Positions 11,191-26,100 of a DNA stretch of 64,000 nucleotides are shown here, piece after piece. The notes under the pieces were generated by a model, which did no database searches, had not been told where the DNA came from, and saw only the letters and a list, made by a program, of their open reading frames with translations. Position 1 is the first letter of the stretch. The number at the start of each line of letters is the position of its first letter. The position numbers and the translations under genes were made by a program. The DNA comes from Catajapyx aquilonaris (lineage: Eukaryota), in the NCBI GenBank assembly GCA_000934665.2, contig JYFJ02001217.1, positions 1 through 64,000 on the forward strand, read 5' to 3'.

Positions 11191-14100
11191 CTGTAATAAA
11201 AGAAATGAAAGTACATCAGTCACACAGCACTATCAATCAATTTTTACAAGGGATCAAAAGCTGGTGATCAAATCAGTAGAAGAAACCTTTGAACAATCTA
11301 TGGTCAATGAGTCCTATTCATGTGTTGGGCGCAAGAAATTATTAATCGATGATAAATAGCTTTTGCGTGACGGCACCATGGGGGGAAAGAAAGGTACAAG
11401 GAAATTATTCTCAGCGCATTAATCATGGACCAGTAACTGCCGGCATTTTAGTACCCTGATGCCATACGATAATTGTCGCGAGTTACAGAGTGGCTACCTC
11501 GTATATACAATGTGCTTATGGCTGAGATAATTTATTAGTACGAAACATGTGCACCTTATCGTGACTTAGCCGCAGTTCCAAATTGTCTAACCTCCAAGTA
11601 TAATGTAACTGTCCGACTACAAAGGAAGGTCACGGAGGGCTTCAGCGTGCCCAACGACGCGACGCGACGTGGCTAATGCAGATGTCTTTCGAGAAGTTCA
11701 TGCACTTAACAAGCCGTAAACCGGGCACATGCTTTAACCGGGTTCAACCGAGAGGATAAAAGCAACGTACCTATAAGTTACTGCTACTGGTAAATTGCGA
11801 ACCTTCCGCTGCAAGAAACATTGCCTGCCCCATTTTCCAGTTTGCCTCTAACAAACATTTTTAAAATCCTCACGACCTATTCGTGGGTTTCATTACTTGT
11901 GAAATTATTCCTGTAAAAATCATTGCAAATTGCTTGATGAATTGAAGTTATCAATTTGCGAGCTACCGTGCTCGAAGAACCCAATGCACAAAGGTCCCAA
12001 GCTCTTTATTATTAGTATAAGGCTACAGTAACTATCAGTAAATTAAATGCGTAACTGGTATTAAGTCCAAGTGCTGGGCTGGATATTTACGCTGAAGCTT
12101 GAGTTTTCCTGAACAAGAGTCGAGATAGGAGCTGGAAATACGGCCTAATCCACGTGGCTGCGTACCCTTTGTGCGCCAACGTCGACGCCATTTTCACCCC
12201 CGGCGCAAATCGATCGGTCCTTACAAATCCCACTTTACCTCGAATGTTCTCGCGTCCCAGGAGGGCCATTTGGCCCCACTGACAAAGCATGTTTTTTTTA
12301 CAACATCTTCGCGTGGGCCCCCTCCACCTCCTCATGCCGCTCCAATTTTCACCCCCTTTCCCGATTCATTAAACTGCATTATGTATCGCTCTTATTCAAC
12401 TATAACAACAATCCGTAGCATTTATCTGCTGGGTAACGCGTAACGGTCGTTGGGTGGCTCAGAATTGATGCAAAAATACTTCATATCGTATACCCACAGT
12501 TACGAAGTACACATTGTACTGTAAACCGATAGTTTGCAAACCTCTCATAGCTATATCTTTCCTGCGTCACACTGATCGGGCCGCATTATCCATCACGAGC
12601 TTCCTGAATCCGCATCCGCCCCCACGTACGTATATATACAAGTGGCTTGAAAATGCCACTCCATCACATTATCCTAAAACATGACGCCAACCAAAACGAC
12701 CTACGCAATATCCAGCGTCAAAACCCGTGGCGAAACAGCCAAGCAACATTACATCACGCCATATCTCTAGTTTATCTGGAGATCATTAGCCTCATCAAGT
12801 GTTATTGCATCATTTAACAGCTGGGAATGCTTCACGGTTTAGTAAAACGTGCACTGCTATACGGAAGCTAGCGTATGGTGTGGAAAAAAAGAAAGAAATT
12901 GAAATGGATGCCCCCCCCCNCCCCCCCCCCCCCCACCATACACACACCCACGTACAGTAAGTTGAACGCAGCGTACCTAATCCAGCCTTTAATATGAAAC
13001 GAAAACGTTAACGGTGTCCTTGGAATACCTCTACAGCACAATAAGGAGAGTGACAGCCATGTGGCTGGAGCCTTGTATCCGTGTTCCAGCGTGATTAATA
13101 TACGGGAAGGGGGAACATTAAGTCATTAGCGATGCATCCCAAACTCGCATAAGATTACGGCCACATGCAGTTGACAACTCCTGAAGGCCTCTTTCCTTGT
13201 TATACAGTGGAACCGAAACGGTCTTCGAGAGAGTGTTCGACTAAAGGCAACGCTCCAGCAGTTCAAATTAATGCACCGCTTATGATGCTGTTACTCCCAG
13301 GAGAAGAGCGTCAACAAAAAATTGCGATGGCGTCAGCCACACTTCCTACACGAAAATTACTGTGTGGGAGGAGCAAGTGCCTTCATGCAGTACATGCCAG
13401 GTGGTCGAGTGTTTAGTTTCCCTGGCACACAACTCAACAGCAAGACGCAAACGAACGCAGGATCCCCAAAAAATGTTCTCTATCTTCTATCTATATCTAT
13501 AAATAAGGAAGCTTGATTGTTAGTTTGTGTGTTTGGATGTTTGTCCCTTATAGAAATCCAGGGGAAGGCCCTTACACCGCCTTAAATTAGCATATCGGGG
13601 GGGTTACTTTTTCCAAGGAATCTAACGCCGCATGTTTCAGCTTCCGAAAATGTACCTAACTCCCACAACACGCATATTCCTGCTTCAACAATTAGCTTAC
13701 ATCAATAACAATAAATCAATTTGCATTCCCATGGAAATGCCTCTCCTTTTTTATATAGCTATTTACCTCCCTGCATCGTACCGCGGGGAGGGAACCTTTA
13801 TTTCGTCTTGGTGGAACCTTTTTGACGTAGCGCCCGGGCCCACGGGCAGGGTGACTGGGAGGGGATGTGCAAGGTGCAAGTGCAAAACGGTACCGCATTT
13901 TGTTAACTCCCCCGGGTGGATTAGTCTGAGGAGATTCCATCCGAAACGAAGCCAGAGACGACCCAACTCTGCACCTGGGATGAAGGAGGGAATCCCGGGC
14001 TGGGATCGAACCCGGGACCTTAAGCTTAACATCCGTGGGAGCATACGTTTCCGCAGCGCCACTTCGTCTCCCCTAGGAAATGCCCTTATGCCACAATACC

Positions 14101-17100
14101 GAGCAAATTAAACCATCTCCGTAAATTCAACGCATCCACCAATTACGCTAATTGGCCACCTCACGTACCGTGCTGACTTAGTATCTTATGGTAATTCCGG
14201 GATTTTGTGGGACTTGAAAGTAGACTTCCAGACAAAGTGAATACGGTACAACTAAATAATACAGTATTTGCAAAATATTACTCCGTGTTGAAAACAAAAT
14301 TTCCCATCATACATCTGTACGTACATTTCTAAAGTTCTTCAGAGCAAACATACGGAACGAGGTGGGGGTGTGAAGTGGGGGTGTGAAGTGGGGTTGGAGG
14401 GGTCAAGGGGTCAAAAATGCAGGGGAGAAAACACATGGCTGTGCAGTCTTTTCCTGGGCCAACTCCCCCCGCATTCCTCCTTTTACACATCCAATCAGAA
14501 TATCCGTGTCGACTGTACGCTATAAGACAAGCAGGTAATCTATCACAGATATGTACCCCTATATCTTTACCAGCACCCCAACATACCCGACTAAATAGGA
14601 ATAAACAAATTTACTTACTTAGGCCTACTTACTTATTTATAGATATAGTCTAACTGTTGGGCTTAAGCTTGACACCCTCATCCAAGCACACTAACTCTAC
14701 ATTATATTGGTGCCACATTATCCTCAAGTTCAGGTTGGCATCACGGCTCTGTTTACCTAGGTAGATAGATTTCCACAACTTCAACACGGCTCGAACCTGC
14801 GCCTATTGCTCTCACCTCACCCGATTCGTGGTTTGCATGTTAGAAGTCAATCTATTGCTCACTTTGGATTGAATTGGGCTAAACTGTGCCACAAAGAAGT
14901 TTCGGCCTTTTTCTAGGCAGAACTCTGGGAGTCGGCGGAAAAGGAGGGCATAACTATCACGTCTTCTCGAACTCGAAGTTTATAATTGGTGTGTACAGGG
15001 TGATCCAAAAGACTTGTCCGACTAATATGGCTATTACTTCGTTGACTCTAAACTGATTTATATTTTGCACAGTTATACTTTTAATGGTTATCAAAAATCA
15101 TTAGCTACTAATATTAGGTTGCGTGTACCCATCTTTTTAAAAGCCTGCAAGAGAGTTTGGCAACCTATAGGTTCTATCATTGAGATGCCAACTGTTCCAA
15201 TTCTAATTGGGAATACTACTGTACATGAGAGCTTAATTGAATAGATGATTCACTTTGACCTAATATTAGGAGATATAATAGTAATAGTATAGGGCTATTA
15301 GTGATAACAATTACGACAAACAATAAAAATTACCTGCTAACAATTGTGCAGCTTAGTGCCAACAAATAGCCACATTAGTCAGACAATATATTTTGTACCG
15401 TATCACCGTTTTTGTACTGTACAGTACCACCAGTGTATGGGACCAAGCCAAAAGTTGGCTCAAACCAATGAACCCATGTCCAGCAGTTTTCCTGGCGAAC
15501 AATTTGAACAAGAAAAATTGTTGGTGGATAGCCAAACTGAGAACTGCAATTATTTACTTCGGCAATTCACTTACGTTACCCTTCTCCGGATGCTCAACAA
15601 TACCATGGAGTGCTTCTACACTTATTAGCTGACACAATTTAGCAGTAGTAATCATGTGGAAATTCTTTAAGGGCACCCTGTTGCTGCTTGCATAATTTGT
15701 AAACCTGGTGGTAAAACCACTTACTGTGCGTGCTTTCAGAAAGGGAAGTACTGCAGAGCTATTACTGAATTTTTGTTTGCAAGATGAAGCTGCTCTGACA
15801 GGCCTAATATACTTGCATCACAGTTGCAAGATGACTGGTTTCAACTGTTACATAATTATAGCCTGAAGTATCTTCTATTACACCTTGGTGTATACTTACT
15901 CTTTTCCAGGTGTAAATATACGCCACGTCCATCAAGGTGTAATCCTCCAGCAAGCAATCATCGTTATAGATGAGATCCACCTGCGAAAGAAAAAGGACAA
16001 CCATCAGAAATGCAGGGCCAAGTGCTTTCGCGTTGACAGATCCCCTCTTGGCTCCGACTGTACATCTCTCAAAAAGGAAAATGGTCCACGACTCTCATCA
16101 TTCCCTTCTTCCTGGTCCCCCCTCTCCAACTCATCCACTCACGAGTCCCCTAATACACGTATATAGGCCTGGCCCCACTTCCTTATTTCTTCCCATGGCT
16201 GTTCCCCTCTCCTTCAAAAAAATCCTCCCCACTACACAAGATAAGAAAGGAAAAAAAAACGTAACTTTCGTTCCNCCCCCTCCAAGCCCGGAGCTCTATA
16301 AACGCCAACACCAGCTAGAAAATTCAACGTTACAATCTCGCATCACCTTCGTTGACTTGACACGCACGATGTATCGGTAAAGAGACACCCAAAAGCCATA
16401 CTCGAGGGGGAAGTACAGGCCCTAAGAGGCCATATTAAATCACCCTGGGCACCCCCGCTGTATACATAAACATAGACACATGGGCGGTTCAAATGAATTC
16501 CAAAGTCCCAGGCGGAAAACTCGTTCCCTTTGTTCACGTGTTCCATCGCCTTCCTTTTTCCGACAAAACTCATTAGCGACGGCGAAGTCCCGGCGATAAA
16601 TTTCGGGCCGACCGAGGGAGAGAGAGAGAGCAGAGAGAGGGAGAGCCTGATGCTTAAGATATGGAAAAGTTTAAGGTCGGCGACTCCGATTTTCATTATA
16701 CGGACTAGTGTGTCAGCGGATTCTACTCGTGTCCACGGCAGGACTCATAGCTTGTTTATGCGTTTGGGACCCGTGTTTCAAATAACCCAGCGCCATGGTG
16801 AATAATACTAGCAGGAACTGCATACAACATTACACGAATTTGTGTTAGTGTTCCGGCACATGCCCAATGCTCTGGAGATTTACGTCAACTTACGGCCTGT
16901 ACATTTGAAGAACATTATCTACTTGCTGACGTGTGCAATTCTACAAATGTTGGCCATACATTATAAAGTGAAATATTTGTGTGCAAGAAAATTGTTACAA
17001 ACTCGCCGATTTTGCTACAGTTCGGCATATGGAGATTTGTGAACTCGTCTAGTACTTATAACTTCAGATAGTTTGTCGACAGGTAGAATGTGAGTCAGAC

Positions 17101-20100
17101 AATTAGTGTTCAAAAATGACGGCACCCCTTATTCAGACATAATTATGTACACAGCGGTGGAGCGGAAAGACGTTACGCTATAGGCTATTATTATGGACAA
17201 ACAGGACGAAACCCTCAAAATTTATCGCAACATGCATGAACAATAAGAATCTGCCATGCATGTGGCAGTCGAATATTCATAAGTCGTGTAATAGAAATTC
17301 CAAATGACAGAGCTCGATGTCGCCTCGTCTGTCGAATAAACCGTAGGCCTATCCAAAACACTATCATCCCTTTCATCTTTTCATTTGATCAATCCTCGTA
17401 AAAGAACAGCTTTTTAGTACTACAAGCATCCTTTCCACCGAAGAACCCCGTTACTGAATAAACACGTTACACCCAGAATGATAGATTTGGCACGTAGCCT
17501 TGAATTTTTGTATAAAAAGTGCCGGTGCGCATCAGTTACGCCACGAGTGCGTATAAGTCCAACCGATTAAGCCTTGTCAAAACAAATCGTCAATGCGTGC
17601 AATGCAACTTTAACGTGTTACTTGATTACAGGACCCGCTCTTACATCAATATGCTAATTACATGCCGCAACCTTCGCAGCAACCATGCAATACAGACTCC
17701 ATAAAGTGTGGGGCCAAAGTTAACTAGCTGACGACATCGTGTAGTACACAATAATCACCATACTGTAAAGTGTAAACTGTATTTTAATAAGCTGGCGTGT
17801 CTGTAGAGAGATATAAAGCATGGTGGTGATATGCTACTCTTTCCCTACCGTGACACATTTACTCTGAGAGATTCTGAAAGGCCTTTTACCGATAATGCTC
17901 GAACATATTTATCAAATAAGAAGTGGATGCTGTGTCAGCTGTTAATGATAATACTATACTTATCCCATAGTTATACGGACCTGTCAATTACATTTAAGAA
18001 AAGAAACGTGCATTTGTAAAACAATCCATTTATATTTAGCAGACGAGCCTTTAAGTTAGCCCTGACGGACGTCGCGTCGCGTCGGCCCTAACCAATAGAA
18101 AGAGATAGCAGCAACGAAGAGACGCGACAAGTCCAGCAGGATGACATCAGAAAGCGACTGGAGTTGTCAAAACGTGTGCCCTTCATAAAGTCGGCGGAAA
18201 GTTCTGTTAAGCCGATTGGCCTGTTGATTCCGCGTTTCAACCTTGTGAACGTTATCTGGCACATCCGCCGCCACTTCTTTCTGATCAAAAATATAGGCGA
18301 GCCGGCCCTTCATATCGTGCCGCAGGCATGTCCTGCTATAGTAGCTATACTATACCATGGATTAATATAGGCCTTAGGAGTCACCTGTTTCTCAGAATGT
18401 ACTTAAAGAAAATTAAATAAAGTCGGAATGCAAAAGAAATCCACCAAGTCACATTTTTGGGGGGTTTAAATTATTCACACCAGTACGTAGCTCTTTTTTT
18501 GCTCTATCGCCTGTGGTGTAGTCTATTTAGTCCTTAAATTTAAGATTCATAATGAGCCATCAATACACGATTTTGTCATCACTCGCATGTAAGCAATTAC
18601 TGCAAGGACAAATTAAAATGTTTGCTTTGGAATATTTCCACACTGCTATACCTTCCCCCACGACTTGGTGGATTTCTCCTGCATGCTGCTCTCGATATGG
18701 TGTGCAGAGATGCCCTTCGGAGTGCAGAGCAATGCGAAATGATCCCATCAGGGTCGCTGTAGGAGTATATAGATCTACACCCCAATTTCACACTTAGAAG
18801 CTGACCTAAATGAGGCCGAGCCTACCAAAATTCTATAGCGTGAAAGAAACCCCATTAGGCCCTACCCTATAGGTCGATAGGCCTTCCAAGCACGCATCCT
18901 ACAGGTCCTTCATAAACCTTGACATCTGCTATATTAGCATCGCCATAAAGCTTGACCCATAGCCCGTATTCAGAAATCGAGACTAAACTCGATCCGGGAG
19001 CGAGCATGCGCCATTCTATATCCTTGTCGCTTACGTAAGTGTCATATCGGCAGTGGCTCAGCTGGGCTCCTCAGACCAGGTGGATTTCCAAGTAACGCAA
19101 ACAAAATGCTGCAAAGTAAAGGTGGGCGATCCGAACGGCATACAAATAGGGGCGCCCCTCCCCCCGGTAACTGCGAATCTGAGAAGCACTTTTGTCAGGA
19201 TAACTCAATTGGGCTGAAAACTGGGAAGAGCAATCTGGGCTGCCTGTTTATGGGCTCCTGCTTTGAATACGAAGAGATGAGGAGAGAGGCGAAGGCCCCT
19301 GTGATGCTGCTGCTGCTCCTTATTCCAGCAGAACCCCCAAACTTGCTCCCTATACTTTTTCTTCTCCCTTTTCTTCCTTCCTTCCTTCCGTCTCCTGCTG
19401 TGTCCTATCGATCCCTGTGAGCGGGCGGATGGCGAGTCGAGTTCTGCCTCCTCTCAATAAATTACTGCATGCGCCCAACGTCCCAACCCCGCGCCGCCGT
19501 CCCTAATAACCCCTCCACCACCCCTATACCCTGCCTGGTGCACCCCACTCGCTCCCCTCCTGTACTAATACACCCCTAGCTGCCTTTATTCCCATCCATT
19601 TTGAGTCTCCGTCGAATCAACACTGCCCAATCGACCCATCTCAGGATCATCTCTGCCGAGACCCTTCTCGAAAGGAACTAAGGATGAAATTCACACAGGT
19701 ATACTCTTACCCTACACGAGGTGTTTAAATTTGGTGAATAGGTTAACGTGAGGCTTAACTCAGGTTTACGTGTGTCATGTTTATACAGTACAACATCACT
19801 AAATTCCACATCTAACAAGGGAAGTGTAAGTTTTGTCCGTGCAGTTTCTGAATGAAACTTGGGACAATAATATAGGCAGGTAAGTTATTAAAGAAAATGC
19901 AAACAATTTAGGCGGACGCCCACAAGGTCAAAAGTTATGACCTCTCGAACTCACAAGGGACACTTTTCAGGGTCTCACCGATTTTCTTGAAATTCGGTAC
20001 ATTGGTAGGCCACCCCAAGGGATGAAAAAGGCACCTAACATGACCTGCTCAAAATGACCCGGTGACCCCTTTTTGGGGGCTACCAATGCACCGAATTTCA

Positions 20101-23100
20101 AGAAAATGGGTGTTTTCGGGAGTTAAGAGTTGACCTCTGCCCCCCAAAAAGCTGTCACCTGGTCATTATGAGCAGGTCACGTTATGTGCGTTTTTCATCC
20201 CTTGGGGTGGCCTACCAATGTACCGAATTTCAAGAAAATCGGCGAGACCTTGGAAAGTGTCCCTTGTCATAACTTTTGACCTTGTGGGCATCCGCCTAAA
20301 TTGTTTGCATTTTCTTTAATAACTTACCTGCCTATATTATTGTCCCAAGTTTCATTCAGAAACTCCACAGACAACACTTACACTTCCCTTGTAAGCTTGG
20401 AGATCAATTTCCGACAGGGGCTCTTGCGTTCACGTGGCCGCTGTATTTCGCAACTCGGGCATGTACAGCATACACGTAAACAAACCGATGCGAGGGGTCG
20501 AATTGTACGCCCGATTACACGTGATTACGACATGCGAAAGATTTGGTACCTACTCGCGATTACGTGTGATTATACAGGGTGTTCCGGATTCGTAGGCCAC
20601 TTTTAGACTTTTTCGAAGAAAAATGTCTTATAGAACGGCTCTGTCTGTCTGTGGACAGGTATCAGACAGACAGAGCCGTGCTATAAGACTTTTTTCGAGC
20701 CCCCTGACCGCCCAGTCTCCCCATCAGATCACTCTTTCCCACCTCCAAGTCCCGTGACTGACGCTGGGGACAATAGCAGTAAACATGAAAAAGTCTACTG
20801 TAATCTCGCTCACGTGATTTGCCAATCTGGTTTGATAATTGAGATCGCTCGATAGCAGTTATCAAAAAGTGACCCACGAATCTGGAACACCCTGTATACG
20901 AGTGGCCAAGCCATCGTAATCAACCAGATTCAGCGATCCATCTCTGAACAACTTGCATTCTATATAGTTGTGAATCCTACACCGAGAAACTTGGGGGAGT
21001 TGTCCATATAGTGGGGTCGAAGATATGCTAATGCCTGGTTTCCCACTGTCAGCAACCACTTTAAGTGTCCCTTATGCGTTTAAAGAGGAGATTGCGTTCC
21101 CGCAAAGCGCGGCGGCGTTCTAATCGGGTTCTAATCGGTTGATTAATATCATATACGAGAATATGGCTAACCAGGAAAATTTCAGAAAGAAACAGACAGT
21201 CAGGTAACAGGTGGGAGAAGGGGAAAAGGGAGGATTAAACAAGGCAACGCCAAGCGCCAACAGAAACCACCATTGCAAGCGGCAAATCCGTCAACACCGC
21301 TCTATAACAGTCGCGTAATTTATAAAAAGTTGACCAAACGCACTTTCTCTCATACACGTTGACAGAGTTGTTAGCTAACAAACGGCTCAACTGAAAGTTA
21401 GAAAGGGTGGTAGAACAGGCCGCGACCTTATACAGTATAGAGCGATAATGTATGAACGGATTGGGCATCACCGAGGCAATAGCAGCGCCTGCAGATAGGC
21501 AACCTGATTAGTCTCATGCAAACATATCTGCCTAGCTCGCAGAATCGGCAGCATTCCTCCTATACTGGGCCCTAAGAAATCCCGAGAAATGGCCCCTACA
21601 TCGGATCTCTGTTGTCCCCGCCATTACACTATATAATCACCTCACCTAATCTGTCTTAATAATGCCCAAAATAGCACGTAGTACGTGATAATTATGTTGG
21701 CAGCCCTGATGCCCAAGTGACGTTTCTTTGAGGCCTTATCGGTTTCCCCCCTTACCGCAGCGTCCATCAACATCCTGCACGTGCGAACAGCCATTCTCGG
21801 AAAGGGCATCTCGCAATTCCCGGTATCCTCCTCACCCCCCTTGGCCCCATGCACAACGCACCGAGTACGCAGCAAAACCCGCCAACTTATCGACTGCATC
21901 GCGCCGGCTTCTCCCAAGGCCGGTTCGTCCGGCCCTCCCCATATATCTGAGCAGACCCCCGCAAAGTCGAGCAAGTCCGCCGTTTTGGCAAGAGGTGAGC
22001 CCTGGGTGACGTGCTATTTGGCAAGCTGATCACGTTTGCACAGTAACCTTCCGCGTGGGAGAGGTGGCCTTGGCCTCTCTCTCTCTCTCATCCCCACACC
22101 ACCACCGACCGGCACATATCCTCCAACAATCCTCCCCTCCCATGTGTTTATATACGGAGCCGCATCATTTTCACATGCACGAGGCGGATGCCAGACCGCC
22201 GCGGCGGTATAGACCGCCTTAGATTAAAATTTCCAAGCACGCGGCCCCCGGGTTATGCAGGAAAACTTGGCAGGTCTTATGCCCGCGTGTCGGGGCGGTA
22301 ATTAGGCGCATCCAGAGAAGGCGCGCGTAATTATGCGGCCGGATATACTATGGTGCTTATGAGGATAAGACGCCGGGAAGTTTTTTAAAAAAATATTGAA
22401 GCAAGGCATGGGGGGGCTCTCTTCCCTGCAGCACAAGGACGTATTCCATGCCTTTTGCACGCAAGTCAATGGCACATCAGATCAATACCACCGGAGGAAA
22501 AGTCGCGCTCCATTGGAAAATGCAAAAGCGGGACGTACTCCGGAATACCCTCCGTCAATACCCTGTGCCGCATGGTGTCTTGGTTGCTGATGCATCCGGT
22601 GCTTCAATTGCACGCCCTGTTGGAGAGGTCCCGACTTGTAATATAATCGCAGCAGTCTTTCTGGCAAACTGCGGTTTCGCGGCACGTGCTGCAATTTTCG
22701 CCAGGGCCTATAATTACTCGCTAATTACCGGTATCAAGCGGCTGCTAATGTCTCATTTCTTACAACCGGATGGTGCCGAGTGACCATTCCCACTTGTGGG
22801 GGGTTGAAACCTTCTACAACTTGCACTGAAATTGTGGGTGCGATTACATACTACATCACTGGAGAGGACAACGAAGTCTGGATGACCTGCACTGAGAATC
22901 ATTTTGAATCTACACACCTATAGCTATACACCTTGTGGCCCTAATGAAAGTACTATCGCTGTAATGCACATTGTTCCCTTGTTACGTGTAAGTACGGTGG
23001 AGATATTTTTAACGCAAAGACGAGCATAAACTTTTGTCATCGACAAAGAGCGAAAATGCTAAATGGCTTTGGGAGATTAAAGTCAAATACGATTCGTCCA

Positions 23101-26100
23101 TGTCGCTAATTTTTAAATAAGGCATTACACCAACATTTCTTATTACAGCTGAATATCGTTCAATTAAGCTGTGTATCCAATTTTCGCTAATAAACCAATA
23201 ACATTGCTATAACTGCGAGTATAACGTGTGCAATCGGATAGATTTTTATGCATCTCTTAAGCTTTCCAGCAGGTGTGGCCACCAAGTGGTTCTGACAATC
23301 AGTATAAGTTTTTCACTTTATGGCGAAATAAAGCATGTCATGGCACAAGATTTAGCATCTACGTTGGAGTGCAAATTACGCCCTTTATTTTCCGCTTGAA
23401 GTCTAGCTACACGATGCAAAAACATCGATCGCGACGCATTCAGACCCGGGCCCATTGTTTCCTCTTCATGTCGTGTAGGAAATTCCAAAATTACCGACTA
23501 GGTGTCTGATTTGAGAGTTCAATAAGACAATACGACTAATACCCAGCAAGATAAGCTCCATGCACTTTGAACTTCGTCTGATTCTATAATATAGTTCGAA
23601 TGAGAGACAATCCCGATTGTTATCCCACGTACTAGTAATAGTCTATTACTCTATTTGGACTCGGGAAGCTTCACAAAAATCCAATTATGTTCGCCCCCTG
23701 ATTCTTATGCCGGCCACATTTACCGAAGTCCCTAATTTGTATTCTAGACCTTGCATATTACCTGTAATCAGGCTTGCAAAAATCACCTCGCCATTTTTTT
23801 TACCATTTAACAGCCGTTAACATCAGACGCGGGTGGGCGTCAGTTCGTGACTCGATCACACGGTCATTAAATCCGCGGACTTGTTCTAGTACAACTGTCA
23901 AACTGATCAGACATTTCTAAGGAACAATTGCGTATGCTAATGTCATTACCTTGATTAGGTCTGACATGGGGAAAATTGTATGCAGGCTGCGATGACCTGC
24001 TCCGCCCCTCGTTTCACTTCGCTCCACCTGACCCTATCTCAACTCCTATCAGAATTTATTAGTCCTCGCGTCATGCTTGACAACAAAAACACGTACAACC
24101 CATACTTTCATTTTTGGACGGGAATATTATATTCCTATAAGGGATATGATTATGAAAAAAAAACACAAAGGTCGAGCTGAGTAAAGGATCTATAAGTCTA
24201 TATAGACCATACTAAAGATAGACTGCATCAGCAATTCTTGCTTGTCAAGAATTCGCTACGCGTCAATCAGTGCTATCGATTGGTTTCAAGTGATATAAAA
24301 AATTAGATAAGTTGCGGTTTTCCTACTCTCTCAAGCAAGTGCAGTTTCATATGTTGCTAATGTAAGCACATAAATACTGCAGCCGTAAGTTACACCTCTA
24401 TCAGCGATTTTTTTTAAGTCAGGCAATAACTTTTGCATGCGCTGCTGCAGGCATACCGTATTATACTCTGCAACACTCTTTGTTCCTAAATAATTATGCG
24501 ATAGTATACGCGTAACAATGCGCGTAACTTTACCACCAATACTCCGAGTGCAAGGCTGGTCCTCAGTTCAAACCGCGAGTTAAAAATAACTGCTCTGTAT
24601 ATAGAATTAGCACTTGCACCGCAAGCTGATGCTGGGCATTGCTCATTATTGTACAAGCTGTGTATGCTATAATAATATGTTTCAAAGATCCGCAAACAGA
24701 ACAGGGCCCCAGCATATATGAGCATTTGAAGAGACGCGTTTCCCCATGTACAGAATTGTAGCGATTACATGAATGAGAAACACCGGCGTAGAATAAATTT
24801 CGAAATCTGCAGGTGCAAGACCGCATTCTTTGGTGGTCCCTCCACAACAGGATACTGCTGGGGAAGGGGTAATGTTGAGTCTGTACACGCGATTACCTGC
24901 ATTATCATGTTATCACAACGCAGTCCATCTGTAGCCCGAAGCATGTATCACAAATGGGCGATAATAGAGTGGGTTATCTAACCTGCTGCTATATATACAG
25001 CGGGTCCCATTAAATCCATTCCCGCTGGCATCATCACCGTGTAACATTCCCGATTCCGATGTTAGTCCTCCATTATTATAGAACACGTCTCTATTGAATT
25101 AGGGATTCACCCCGTCAACACTGCTATAATATTTCTCTCTAAAAATTCCTCTCTCATGTATGCACAGGTCATATACTCACTCGATAGTCCGGAGTAAGTC
25201 CGTACTTCATCCTGATGAACTTCTTCAGATTTGCAATGGTGACTGCGGCTGGACACTGCAAGTATCGATGGAGAGCCTGGAACACGTAAAGATAACCGTA
25301 AGTGTATACAGGTTACTGTATTATACATGCAAATATACATCCGGTCCGGTAGTCACATACGCTAGTATATTAACAGTTGCCACACAGTTCTCCTATAATA
25401 TTACAATGAGCAAAGAGCAACAGCCCTCTCCGAACATGCAGCTGGAGGGCAACACCTGCGTCACTCCATGCAAAAAGCGGAATAATTTAACTGTTATTTG
25501 AACATATGAATTCATACACCGAGTATACAGGATGTTCCAACTGAAATGACCGCGGTGGTGAGATATTTTTGACACTATAAGCTGCTTATTTTAAGCAGTT
25601 GCCTTTAGTATATAGTTATGAAATCATTAACTGATAATTTTATAGTCTACCAATGCCCGTGTAAGTTATTATGTCTGCTGCCATTGACTGTAAACTACGG
25701 GAGCTCTCGCTGATGCCAGGGAAAATAACGGCGTCGGGGAAAGCACAAAAGCACTCATATAGGCGTCGTGGGAAGAATTACACGAGGATTACGAAAGCAA
25801 GAATTCCCTACAAGTTTTCCCTTGGCATTCAGCATTATTTGACGTTATACATTTAACTTTTAGTCATCTGGTACGTAACCAGAGACAAAAATTCGCAAGT
25901 CCTGCCAAGCTTGACAAATTTTTACGGAACTTGAAGTGTCCCAATGAGGAATAATCGGTGATGGGGACGACCTCTTGGTATCGTATAATTTTAGGTGAAG
26001 GCCTTCCGGGAGAAACAAATATCCGACTTGTGCTGGAGAAACCGCTTTTGCCATCGACTGTGTTGCAGCGTATGTGCTGAACAGTACTATACACGATAAA

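Noticed and set aside
11191..11223. ORF-track start [11 protein letters not shown] of the 936-aa ORF
   Set aside because: This is the intronic pyrimidine tract and acceptor; the exon begins at 11190 (NGP...).
8417..11267. Several long + strand ORFs (up to 274 aa) overlapping exon 8
   Set aside because: Antisense shadows of a GC-rich, low-complexity coding exon; no recognisable domain.
13985..14070. tRNA gene
   Set aside because: A/B-box-like words are present but no closing acceptor stem; better explained as a SINE head. The same applies at ~48055, ~51024, ~53331 and ~55070.
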